From NCBI GenBank assembly GCA_041946735.1, contig JBHGAY010000029.1, forward strand, positions 1-64,000: a stretch of 64,000 nucleotides of DNA. The letters are read 5' to 3'. Shown piece after piece: positions 39,438 to 48,442 of this stretch; the stretch's first letter is position 1; each line of letters starts with the position of its first letter. Source of the stretch: Candidatus Eiseniibacteriota bacterium. GTDB taxonomy: Bacteria; Eisenbacteria; RBG-16-71-46; CAIMUX01; VGJL01. The notes beneath the pieces are model-generated. The model had not been told where the DNA came from, did not search any database, and saw only the letters and a program-made list of their open reading frames with translations. The position numbers were made by a program, and so were the translations under genes.

Positions 39438-40109
39438 ATGAAGATCCAGCATGTCCTCGTCATCGCGGTTGCGGCGGTCGGCCTTGCGTTCGCGGGGATC
39501 GCCTGGTCGGGCAGCGGCCACGACCACGGCGCGATGATGTCGGGCGGCGGTCACGAGAGCCACATGAGCGGCGGGACGCACGAGGCGGCCGGCTCCGGCG
39601 GCGACGCCTCCGCCGAGATGCACGAGGGTCATTCCCACGAAGCGTGCGAGCTTCACGGCGGCCAGGTCACGATGACGAAGGACCACCACTTCGAGACCGT
39701 CTTCACGCCGGCCGGCGTCCAGGTGTACGTCTACACGGCAGGCCAGGCCCCGGCGATGGCCAGCAAGGCGGCAGGGACGGCGACCATCGAGTTCGCCGAC
39801 GGCAGCAAGAAGGAAGTCCCGCTCGCGAAGGAGAAGCCGGCCGACGCGGAGCCGGGCGTCTACTTCTGCCCGATGCACTCGGACGTCGTCCAGATGCAGC
39901 CGGGCGAGTGCGCGAAGTGCGGTGGGATGAAGCTCTTCAAGCAGGACCGCCTGAGCGCCCAGATCGATCTCTCCAAGGTCGAGGCCGGGACCGCAAAGGC
40001 GACGATGCACATCACGGGACTGAAGGGCGACGAGCCCGAGGTCGCGTTCACCGAGACGATCGGGACGCTGGCTGCCGCGCCCGCGCCCGCCTCGGACGCG
40101 AAGAGCTGA
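39438..40109 (+). CDS. Secreted His/Met-rich metal-binding protein with heavy-metal-binding domain
   Basis: Signal peptide, GHDHGAMMSGGGHESHM..EMHEGHSHEACELHGG and YFCPMHSDVV..GECAKCGGMKL. Confidence 0.8.
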   Translation: MKIQHVLVIAVAAVGLAFAGIAWSGSGHDHGAMMSGGGHESHMSGGTHEAAGSGGDASAEMHEGHSHEACELHGGQVTMTKDHHFETVFTPAGVQVYVYTAGQAPAMASKAAGTATIEFADGSKKEVPLAKEKPADAEPGVYFCPMHSDVVQMQPGECAKCGGMKLFKQDRLSAQIDLSKVEAGTAKATMHITGLKGDEPEVAFTETIGTLAAAPAPASDAKS

Positions 40110-40143
40110 TCCGGCAGGTATGAGACGCGGAGTGGAGTAGGGC

Positions 40144-40485
40144 ATGAAACTCCCGAACGCTGAGGCAGCGTTCGTCGACTCCGCGAAGATAAGGAACTAC
40201 CTACTCGCGGACACGCATCCGATCGGTCGCTTCAAGGCGGCGTTCTTTGCGTCACTGGGGTACCGGAAAGCTACGTGGAACGAGCTCGAGATGGATCTCA
40301 TCGCTTTGGGTCGATCAAACGAGGCCGAACCCGATCAGGAAACCGCCTTCGGTCGCAAGTTCCGCGTCCGTGGTACACTGAGAGGGCCATCAGGGCGAGG
40401 CGCCGAGATCGTGACGATCTGGATCATCCTGAGAGATGAGGACTTCCCTCGCTTCATCACGGCGTTCCCGGGAGGGACGCGATGA
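40144..40485 (+). CDS. DUF6883-like protein (putative toxin)
   Basis: MKLPNAE.A.V...KI..YLL..HP.G..KA.FF..LGY..GP.GR...I.T.W......PR.ITA.P pattern. Confidence 0.7.
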   Translation: MKLPNAEAAFVDSAKIRNYLLADTHPIGRFKAAFFASLGYRKATWNELEMDLIALGRSNEAEPDQETAFGRKFRVRGTLRGPSGRGAEIVTIWIILRDEDFPRFITAFPGGTR

Positions 40486-40715
40486 CGTACAGAGTTGCAG
40501 ACACTGTGGTTCTTGCTCGAGATCTTCCCGAGTACGGTCTTCAGACAGGGGATCTCGGGGCAGTCGTCCAGGTTTATGAACCCGATGGTCTTGAAGTGGA
40601 GTTCGTAACGGCCTCCGGTCGCACAGAGGCGCTCGTAACTCTCAGCACCGGTGACGTTCGCCCTGTCGCTGACAGCGATCTCGTCTCGGTGAGGCCCTTC
40701 CGTCCCACTTCCTGA
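40482..40715 (+). CDS. DUF4926-like protein (putative antitoxin partner)
   Basis: DTVVLARDLPEYGLQTGDLGAVVQVY..LEVEFVTASGRTEALVTL. ATGA overlap. Confidence 0.78.
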   Translation: MTYRVADTVVLARDLPEYGLQTGDLGAVVQVYEPDGLEVEFVTASGRTEALVTLSTGDVRPVADSDLVSVRPFRPTS

Positions 40716-40868
40716 GCACCGGCCGCTATCGAACGGGTCGCCCCATAGCGCCCCGTAGGACGATCGCCAGAGTCCAAGCTTCGACGTCGGGCCGGGTCAG
40801 GCATGTGACACCGGCCCGTCCCTTTTCCAGTCGAGAGCGGTTCGGGCAGGACCCAGGGAGGTGCGACA

Positions 40869-41094
40869 ACGTTCCGGTTGACCGTCCGAAAGGTAGGGGA
40901 TTCCCTCGGCCCTGACTCTACCGAGCCAAGCCGCTCAGGCGTTGGGAGTCAACGAGGGGGACAAGCTCCTCCTCACAAAGGCTCCCGGTGCATTCCGGCT
41001 CATTCCCTACGATCCGGACTTCGAGGCTGCCATGAAGCATGCGGAGAGCTTCATGGCCCGCTACAGCAACGCCCTCGGCGAACTCGGCAAGTGA
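40869..41094 (+). pseudogene. AbrB/MazE-type antitoxin pseudogene (ACG at start position, +1 frameshift)
   Basis: GGAGGT-6 nt-ACG, then FRLTVRKVGDSLG / LTLPSQAAQALGVNEGDKL..PYDPDFEAAMKHAESFMARYSNALGELGK* after removing one C at about 40911. Confidence 0.8.
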
Positions 41095-41155
41095 TCCCGG
41101 AGTGTTGCTGGAGCTGAACGAAGGCTCCACTTCCCCCCTCTGCTACGCTGAAGCC

Positions 41156-42133
41156 ATGGAACCTCTCGGAGAACCTCTCGAAGCCTATTCGGCGGCCGTC
41201 GTTCGCGCCGTCGAGATCGCCGGCCCCACCGTCGTCCAGATCGACGTGACGCGGTCGGTGCGCTCGACCGACCCGTACCTGCAGCCCTACCCGGACGTCC
41301 GCTCCGGTCTCGGCAGCGGCGTCCTCGTCCGCCCCGACGGCTATCTCGTCACCAACGCGCACGTCGTACGCGGGGCCACGCGCGTGCGCGTCGGCCTTTT
41401 CGACGGCCGTTCGCTCCCCGGGACGGTCTCCGGCCGCGACGCGCGCAACGACCTCGCCATCGTGAAGATCGAGTCCGAGGGAGAGCTGCCGGTCGCCGAG
41501 CTCGGAGACTCTCGCGCGCTCAAGGTCGGCCAGCTCGTGATCGCGATCGGCAATCCTCTCGGCTTCCGCTGGACGGCGACCGCCGGCGTCGTCTCCGCCC
41601 TCGGGCGCGCGCTGCGCGCCGGCCCCGGATGGGTGCTCGAAGGGCTGATCCAGACCGACGCGTCGATCAATCCCGGCAACTCGGGAGGTCCGCTCGTCGA
41701 CGCGAACGGCAAGCTGATCGGCATCAACACCGCCGTCATCTCCGGCGCTCAGGGAATCGGCTTCGCGGTCCCGAGCGCGATCGTGCGGACCGTCATCGAG
41801 GACGTGATCGATCGCGGCCGGACGACGCGCTCCTGGCTCGGAGTCGGCGGCTACGCGACCCGCCTCGATCCGGCCCTCGCCGCACGCTTCGATCTGCCGA
41901 AGCCGGCCGGTCTCCTTTTGCTCGACGTCGTGCCCGGCAGCCCGGCCGCTCGCGCCGGCTTCGAGCCGCTCGACGTCCTCTGCGCGATCGACGGCCAGGC
42001 GGTCGTCGAGGTGGTCGATCTCGTGAAGATCCTCGGCGAAAAGACACCGGGACAGTCGGTCGTCGTGACGGTCCTGCGCGGGGAGCGGTTGATCGAGCGG
42101 AGCATCAATCTCGGCGTCTATCCGGAGCGCTGA
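41156..42133 (+). CDS. HtrA/DegP-like serine protease with one PDZ domain, no signal peptide
   Basis: GSGV, TNAHVV, DLA, IQTDASINPGNSGGPL and a PDZ (GSPAARAG). Confidence 0.9.
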   Translation: MEPLGEPLEAYSAAVVRAVEIAGPTVVQIDVTRSVRSTDPYLQPYPDVRSGLGSGVLVRPDGYLVTNAHVVRGATRVRVGLFDGRSLPGTVSGRDARNDLAIVKIESEGELPVAELGDSRALKVGQLVIAIGNPLGFRWTATAGVVSALGRALRAGPGWVLEGLIQTDASINPGNSGGPLVDANGKLIGINTAVISGAQGIGFAVPSAIVRTVIEDVIDRGRTTRSWLGVGGYATRLDPALAARFDLPKPAGLLLLDVVPGSPAARAGFEPLDVLCAIDGQAVVEVVDLVKILGEKTPGQSVVVTVLRGERLIERSINLGVYPER

Positions 42134-42184
42134 GGAGCGACGGCGCTCAGGAGCGCGCTCTCGCGGCGCGCAGGGGAAAGCTGC

Positions 42185-44584
42185 CTACCTCCACCCCGGC
42201 GCGATGTGGGTCGGCAGGACCGGCCCCTTCACCGTCGAATGGAAGAACTCGACATAGGGACGGTCGTCGGTGACGATTTCGCCGGGGCCGACGTACTGCT
42301 TCGCCTCCTGAGGATCCTTCCAGTAGGTGCTCAGGAACTCCTCGGCGCTCGGCAGTCCCGCCTCGTGGAGCGGCTGGATGAGCCGCGGGTCGGCGAAGCG
42401 GTCGCGCACGCGCTGGCGCAGCGTCTCGTCGACCGCCATGCCGTCCGGAAACGAGACGGCGAACATTCCTCCCTGCCAGATCGTCGTGTTCGGGAAGACG
42501 TCGAGGAAGGTGCGCACCAGCATCTTGTACAGCGGCGGCGGAAGGCTCGTGTCGAACCACTGGCAGACCATCCCGCCCGGCTTCAGGTGTGATTTGATCA
42601 AACGGAAGTAATCGGCCGAGTAGAGGTTCGTCGCCATCGCGTGCCGCGGCGGGATGATGTCCGCCTCGATGACGTCGTACTTCTCGTCGCTGACGAGCAG
42701 ATAGTTACGCCCGTCACCAACGATCATGTGCACGCGCGGATCCCGCCAGACCTCGTAGTTCGTCTCCCAGAACTTGTGGGACGCCTCGATCACGCCGGGC
42801 ACCAGCTCGACGACGTCGAGCCGCTCGACCATCGGATAGCGCGCCGCGCCGCCCGCCGTCGAGCCGCTCCCCAGTCCAATGATCAGCATCTTCTCCGGAT
42901 CGGGATGGAACAGCAGCGGGATGTGCCCGAGCTGCCGGTGGATGAAGAGCCCGATCTGCTCGTCGCTGGACTGCAACCGCCCATTGATCAAGAGGAAGTA
43001 GTAGCTGTCCGGCCCTTCTTTGCGCTCGGTGACGGTCACCATCCCCTCGGCGCCTTCCTTGTTGAAGATGACGCTGTGGTGCGGCAGCGCCGTCTTCCAG
43101 ATCCCGTGGAGCAGCATCCCGGGTCGCGCGAACAGCACGATCGCCAGCAGGACTCCGACCGCCACCGGCACGAGCGCGCGCGTCGCCCGCAGCACGCCCG
43201 ACGCCCGCGCGAGCATCACGCCGATCCCGAGGTTCAAAAGCGCCAGCAGGATGAGCGTCGCCTGCGACCCAAGCAGCGGGATCAGCACGAACCCGGCGAG
43301 GAACGACCCGATCACGCCGCCGAGCACGTTCGCCGAGTAGACGTCCCCGATGCCGCGCCCGAGCGTGGCCAGGCTGCGCGTGTGGATCTTCCCGGCGAGC
43401 GGGACGGTCGCGCCGAGGATCGCATTCGGCACGAGCAGGATGAAGAACGACGTCGCCAGGATGAACAGCTCGCCGCGGCCCGGCAGCAGCGCGCCGATCG
43501 TGAGCGCGGCGAGGAGGGTCGCGACGCAGATCGACAGCTCGAGGAGCGCGAGCGTCGCGACCGGATTACGCAGGCGGTCGAGGCGCGGCGCGATCCAGAA
43601 CGAGCCGATCACGATCCCGAGAAGCACGCTGCACAACATCGCCGAGAAGGCGTAGGTGCTGAACTCGCCGAGCAGCTTCGCCGCGAACGTCGACCCCGAC
43701 GCCGAGAGGAAGATCGCCAGGATCCGCGTCCAGATCACCTCGTAGCCGAGCGAGGCGACTCCGGAGAGACCGAGCGCCAGCACGACGAGGCGGATCACCG
43801 AAGCGGGATAGCTCGCCTGGCGCGCGTGTGCCGCGGGCTGCGGCGCAGCGGCGCGAGCCGCAACTTCCGCGCGGGCAGCCTCCGCGCGGGCAGCGGCAGT
43901 CTCCTCGTCGCGCCCCGCCCCGGCCCCCCTCCGTCCCAAGAGGATCGCCGTCGCCCCGATCGCGAGGTTCACCGCGGCCGCCACCCAAGTCGTCTGCCGC
44001 AGGCCGATCGCCCCGATCAGGACGAACCCGGCGACCGCGACGCCGATCGCCGCACCGAGCGTGTTCAGCGCGTAGAGGCCGGCGAGTCCGAACCCGAGGC
44101 GATCGAAGCGCCGCACGAGGGCGCGGGTCATGACCGGCAGCGTCGCGCCCATCAGCGTCGTCGGGATCAACAGGACCAGGCCGCTCATCACGAAGCGCAG
44201 CAGGGAGAGGACGTAGAACGAGGCGCCCATCTCCCGATAGGCGAAGCGATAGACCCCGTTCAGGCCGCCGAGCAGCGCCGGCACGAGGAGCGCATAGACC
44301 CCGATCCCGATCTCGATGGCCCCATACAGCCGGAGCCCCGTCCGCCGCTCGTCGGCGATCCGGCCGGCCAGCCAGCTCCCCAGGGCGAGGCCCGCGAAGA
44401 AGGAGGAGAGGACGGCGCTCGTCGCGTAGGTGGTGACGCCGAAGACGAGGGTCAGCTCCCGGGTCCAGACGACCTGGTAGACCAGACCGGAGAAACCGGA
44501 GGCGAGGAAGAGCAGGAGCACGATGCGGGAGACGGGGGCGGCAAGGGCCGTCCGGCTGGCGTTCTCGACGCGCGGTCTCTGCAT
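42185..44584 (-). CDS. Fused MFS-like membrane domain / spermidine synthase-like methyltransferase
   Basis: SGFSGLVYQVVWTR, PTTLMGATLP, LYALNTLGA, LIIGLGSGSTA, VELVPGV, DGRNYL and TDDRPYVEF. Confidence 0.88.
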   Translation of the reverse strand: MQRPRVENASRTALAAPVSRIVLLLFLASGFSGLVYQVVWTRELTLVFGVTTYATSAVLSSFFAGLALGSWLAGRIADERRTGLRLYGAIEIGIGVYALLVPALLGGLNGVYRFAYREMGASFYVLSLLRFVMSGLVLLIPTTLMGATLPVMTRALVRRFDRLGFGLAGLYALNTLGAAIGVAVAGFVLIGAIGLRQTTWVAAAVNLAIGATAILLGRRGAGAGRDEETAAARAEAARAEVAARAAAPQPAAHARQASYPASVIRLVVLALGLSGVASLGYEVIWTRILAIFLSASGSTFAAKLLGEFSTYAFSAMLCSVLLGIVIGSFWIAPRLDRLRNPVATLALLELSICVATLLAALTIGALLPGRGELFILATSFFILLVPNAILGATVPLAGKIHTRSLATLGRGIGDVYSANVLGGVIGSFLAGFVLIPLLGSQATLILLALLNLGIGVMLARASGVLRATRALVPVAVGVLLAIVLFARPGMLLHGIWKTALPHHSVIFNKEGAEGMVTVTERKEGPDSYYFLLINGRLQSSDEQIGLFIHRQLGHIPLLFHPDPEKMLIIGLGSGSTAGGAARYPMVERLDVVELVPGVIEASHKFWETNYEVWRDPRVHMIVGDGRNYLLVSDEKYDVIEADIIPPRHAMATNLYSADYFRLIKSHLKPGGMVCQWFDTSLPPPLYKMLVRTFLDVFPNTTIWQGGMFAVSFPDGMAVDETLRQRVRDRFADPRLIQPLHEAGLPSAEEFLSTYWKDPQEAKQYVGPGEIVTDDRPYVEFFHSTVKGPVLPTHIAPGWR

Positions 44585-44604
44585 CCATCCTCCTGCAAGC
44601 CGTG

Positions 44605-44633
44605 ACGTTAGGGACCGACCGGCGGTCCGTCAA
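44605..44633 (-). promoter_or_regulatory. sigma70-type promoter
   Basis: TTGACG-N17-TAACGT, followed by GGAGG RBS and ATG 44584. Confidence 0.55.
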
Positions 44634-44798
44634 GGAAAGCGGCCCCGCCGCCGGACTGCCGCCGCAGGGCGATTCCCGAGAGAGTCGTTGAACGACATCC
44701 CAGCCTCCCCTATTCTGGAAGGTTGTCTTGAAAACAATACCTCTGCAGGCAGCCCAGGCAGGGCCGCCTCCGGGAAACGGGAGGAGGACAGAAAGACC

Positions 44799-45440
44799 AT
44801 GAGGACCGCAATCGCCACGAAGCCTCGACTCACCCTCGCGCTGGCCGCCCTGGTCGCAGCCGCCGGCCTGCTCGCCGCCGATCCGTCCGCCTCCCAGGCG
44901 GCTCCGCAGGCCTTCACACTGGATCGCACCCATTCCTCGGTCGGCTTCCGCGTGAAGCACCTCGTCAGCATCGTGCCCGGGCGCTTCACCGACTTCGCCG
45001 GCACGCTCACCTACGACGAGGCGCAACCGGAGAACTCGACCGTCGAGGTCACGATCCAGTCGAGCAGCGTCACGACCGACACGCCGCGCCGCGACGACGA
45101 TCTCCGGAACAACCCGGGGCTCTTCGACGTCGCCAACTACCCCTCGATCCTCTTCAAGTCCACGAGCGTGAAGAAGACCGGGGACACGACGTTCGACGTG
45201 ACCGGGGATCTGACGTTGCGCGGCGTGACGAAGCCGGTCGTCCTGAAGGCCGAGCTTCTCGGCCTCGCCCCCGGCCCGGATGGAAAGCCGCGGATCGGCT
45301 TCACGGCCACGACGAAGATCAACCGGCAGGACTACGGCATGACCTGGAACCACACGCTCGACAACGGCGGGCTTCTCGTCGGCAACGACGTGTGGATCGA
45401 TCTGGGCGTGGAGGCGGTGGCCGTCGATACGAAGTCGTAG
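44799..45440 (+). CDS. YceI-family periplasmic lipid/polyisoprenoid-binding protein
   Basis: Signal peptide, [27 protein letters not shown] and [11 protein letters not shown]. Confidence 0.92.
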   Translation: MRTAIATKPRLTLALAALVAAAGLLAADPSASQAAPQAFTLDRTHSSVGFRVKHLVSIVPGRFTDFAGTLTYDEAQPENSTVEVTIQSSSVTTDTPRRDDDLRNNPGLFDVANYPSILFKSTSVKKTGDTTFDVTGDLTLRGVTKPVVLKAELLGLAPGPDGKPRIGFTATTKINRQDYGMTWNHTLDNGGLLVGNDVWIDLGVEAVAVDTKS

Positions 45441-45465
45441 TCGTAGTCGACGCAGGCGCAGGAAG

Positions 45466-45493
45466 GCGGGGGCCCCGCGCGAGGGGCCCCCGC
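45466..45493 (+). terminator. GC-rich hairpin after the yceI-family gene (no U-tract)
   Basis: gcgggggcccc-gcgcga-ggggcccccgc, an 11-bp perfect stem. Confidence 0.45.
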
Positions 45494-45636
45494 GCCTGTC
45501 GCCCCCGCTCGTTTGCCCCCCCGCCTGCCCTGAGATATCCTTGCCTTCCGCCCGTTGTCTCCGCGCGTCGCCGTTCGGGCGCGGCGAGGCCTCGGCGCCG
45601 GATCTCGTCCCATGCCGTCTCTTCGAGGAGGATTCC

Positions 45637-45987
45637 TTGCCTTCGCAGCCGTCCCGAGCGCTCGAGACGTTCCCCAATCCCAAGCCGGAGCGGGACTACG
45701 TCATCGAGTTCGAGTGCCCGGAGTTCACTTGCCTCTGCCCTCGCACCGGCCAGCCGGACTTCGCGACGATCCGGATCCACTACGTCCCGGACCGCACCTG
45801 CGTCGAGCTGAAGTCTTTGAAGCTCTATCTCTGGTCGTTCCGTAACGAAGGAGCGTTCCACGAGGCGGTCGTGAACGGCATCCTCGACGATCTCGTGACG
45901 GCTCTCTCCCCCCGCCGGATGACGGTCGAAGGGGACTTCCTCGTCCGGGGCGGCATCCACACCACGGTCCGAGCTTCCCATCCGTGA
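45637..45987 (+). CDS. queF: 7-cyano-7-deazaguanine (preQ0) reductase, type I
   Basis: [36 protein letters not shown] and RGGI. TTG after GAGGAGG. Confidence 0.93.
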   Translation: MPSQPSRALETFPNPKPERDYVIEFECPEFTCLCPRTGQPDFATIRIHYVPDRTCVELKSLKLYLWSFRNEGAFHEAVVNGILDDLVTALSPRRMTVEGDFLVRGGIHTTVRASHP

Positions 45988-46120
45988 ACCGCCCCTCCGA
46001 TACGCCGAGCGGCGGAGCCGCCGCGCCGGGCCCGTGCGGGCGAACCGCGCAAAGTCCGTCCGCGCGTGCCTTCCCCACGCGGCTTGACGCCGTTCGAGCC
46101 CTACCGGACACTTTGCGGCG

Positions 46121-48442
46121 ATGATTCCCTACCGGCTGCCCGCAGGCGCGCGTCTGTCCGCTCGCACGGCGCCGCGCGCGTTCCTCCCGCTCCAGCTCCA
46201 GCTCCGGCTCCAGCACCCGCTCCTGCTCGCCGTCTGCGCGACGCTCGTCCTCCTGCTGCTCGACCCCGTCACAGCCGCCTCCGCCGCGGCCGAACGCTTC
46301 TATCCCGCGCGGTTCTATCCCGCGGCCCCCGACACGGGCAGCGCGGTCGCGATCCCTCTCGCGCCCGGCGAATCGACCGGCCTCCTCCTGCTGACCCCTT
46401 CGCCGTCCGGCGGGACGGTCCTCGCCCGCGTCCTGGACGAGTCCGCGGAGCCGATCCCCGGCGTCCTCGTGGAAGCGCGCACCGGACGGTTCGCCTCCTA
46501 CGGACTGACCGACGCCGAAGGGAACGTCCGCGTCGAGGGAGTGCCGGCCGGCCAGGTGGTCCTTCGCTCACGCCCCGATGATCCGCGCAGTCTGACCGGC
46601 GCCTGGGCGATCCGCTACGCACCCGGCACCGCGGACTCGGCGCAGGCGCTCCGCCTCCCGCTCGCCGATGGCGGCACGGCGGACTTCGGGAACGTCACGC
46701 TCCCCGCCGCCGGACGCATCAAGACGCGCGTCGTCCACGGCGACGGCGCCGCCTGGGCGGACATCCCGGTCGTCCTGCGCTCGGTCGACGATCAGGACTT
46801 CCGGCGGGTCGCGCGCACCGGCGAGGAAGGGAAGGTCACCTTCGCCGGCCTCGAGCCCGGCAGCTACCGGCTCTGGGCCGACATGCGCGGCACGCCGGCG
46901 ATCACCGAGGCGTGGGACGGCACGCGCGACACGCTCGCCTCCGCGCCGATCGAGGTCGCTCGCGGGAGCCTGATCGGCGCCGACTCGGAGATCGCTCCCG
47001 ACCTCGGCGCCTCGATGATCGGCGTCGTCCGCAACGAAGACACCGGCGAAGGGATCGCCGGCCTCGAGGTGCGTGTCTTCGACGCCGGCGACCCGGCCCA
47101 CTACCGCTCCTTCACGACCGACGAGCTTGGCTACTACGTCGCGGACGGCCTGGCGACCGGCTCGTACAAGGTCTACGCGCCCGCCGTCCGCCGCTGGCAC
47201 CCGTCCGCCGACACCTGGGGACGCGCGCGCGCCGTCGCCCTCGTCGAGCCGGAGGTCCGCTACGGCGTCGACGTCCGCGGCCGGCCCGAGTCTCCCTGCC
47301 AGCTCGCCCCGGCCGCCTCGGCCTACGTGATGGGGTTCGTCCGCGCGGACTTCTCGATCCTCTCGAGCGCGGCGGTCCGCGTCTTCAACGACACCGACAC
47401 GCTCGAGACCGCCGTCACCGCGCAGGACTTCTACGTAGTCAGCTGCCTGCCTCCCGGCTCCTACCGGGTCGCGTTCCTTCCCAAGGGACGCTACCGGACC
47501 CAGTACTGGCGCTACGCCGAGGGCATCGAGGACGCGACGGTGATCACCGCGACGGCCGGCGACACGACCGGCGGCATCAACTTCGAGCCCGAGAAGGGGG
47601 TCGTGATCGAGGGACAGGTGGCGGAGGCGGGATCTGGCCAGCCGATCGCCGGCGCGCCGGTCCTAGCATTCCTGCGCGAGCCCGGGAGCCCGCTCGCCCT
47701 TCGCGGCCGCACGGACGAGGGCGGCAACTTCCGCTTCGATACGCTCCCTGACGGCAGCGGCGTCCCGGCCGGCGAATGGATCGTCGGCGTCGACTCGACG
47801 TTGCTTCGCACGCTCGATCCGACGCCGGTCGTCGAGGTGGGGCTGGCGGCGAAGCGGCAGGCGCGCGGCGCGGTGCGTCTCACGTTCCGGCTCCCCGAGT
47901 CGCTCACGATCGAGGACTGGAAGCTGGAACGCCGGCGGGAAGGTGCGTCAGGGGATGGCGCCGAGGCGGTGCGCATCGCCGGCGCCGCCGATCATCCGGA
48001 TGGGACGCATGCGCGCGAGTGGATCGATCGCGACGCGCCGAACAGTCCCGCCTCGTACCGACTGTCCGCGCTGTTCACCGGCTCCGACGACGGCTGGATC
48101 GCGTCCGAATGGGTCGAGGTGAGCGGCGCGCGAGGAGCAGGCGCCGGCGCGCTCGCCCCGGCCGCCGGGTCCTGCCGCCCGCAACCGTGGGACGGACGAT
48201 CGCGGCTCTGGCTCCCCTTCGATCCCGCGCCGGGCGCCGCGGTCACGGTCTTCCGCATCGATGGCGCGCGCGTGGGCATGCTCGAGGAGGACGGCGCGAT
48301 CACCGCCACCGCCGACGGCGAGGAGCCCCGCTACCGCCTCGCGAGCGGCGGGGCGCGCCTCCCCGCCGGCGTCTACTTCGTCCGTGCGCTCGATCGCGCA
48401 GGCCGCCCGCACACCGCCCGTCTCGTCGTGGAGCGGCGATGA
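46121..48442 (+). CDS. Secreted protein with several carboxypeptidase-regulatory-like Ig domains and a C-terminal FlgD/CTD-like segment
   Basis: Signal peptide, repeated TD.EG.....GL.PG.Y units, and terminal LPAGVYFVRA..TARLVVER. Confidence 0.7.
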   Translation: MIPYRLPAGARLSARTAPRAFLPLQLQLRLQHPLLLAVCATLVLLLLDPVTAASAAAERFYPARFYPAAPDTGSAVAIPLAPGESTGLLLLTPSPSGGTVLARVLDESAEPIPGVLVEARTGRFASYGLTDAEGNVRVEGVPAGQVVLRSRPDDPRSLTGAWAIRYAPGTADSAQALRLPLADGGTADFGNVTLPAAGRIKTRVVHGDGAAWADIPVVLRSVDDQDFRRVARTGEEGKVTFAGLEPGSYRLWADMRGTPAITEAWDGTRDTLASAPIEVARGSLIGADSEIAPDLGASMIGVVRNEDTGEGIAGLEVRVFDAGDPAHYRSFTTDELGYYVADGLATGSYKVYAPAVRRWHPSADTWGRARAVALVEPEVRYGVDVRGRPESPCQLAPAASAYVMGFVRADFSILSSAAVRVFNDTDTLETAVTAQDFYVVSCLPPGSYRVAFLPKGRYRTQYWRYAEGIEDATVITATAGDTTGGINFEPEKGVVIEGQVAEAGSGQPIAGAPVLAFLREPGSPLALRGRTDEGGNFRFDTLPDGSGVPAGEWIVGVDSTLLRTLDPTPVVEVGLAAKRQARGAVRLTFRLPESLTIEDWKLERRREGASGDGAEAVRIAGAADHPDGTHAREWIDRDAPNSPASYRLSALFTGSDDGWIASEWVEVSGARGAGAGALAPAAGSCRPQPWDGRSRLWLPFDPAPGAAVTVFRIDGARVGMLEEDGAITATADGEEPRYRLASGGARLPAGVYFVRALDRAGRPHTARLVVERR

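Noticed and set aside
45500..45636. preQ1 riboswitch upstream of queF
   Set aside because: No recognisable preQ1 stem-loop with an A-rich tail.
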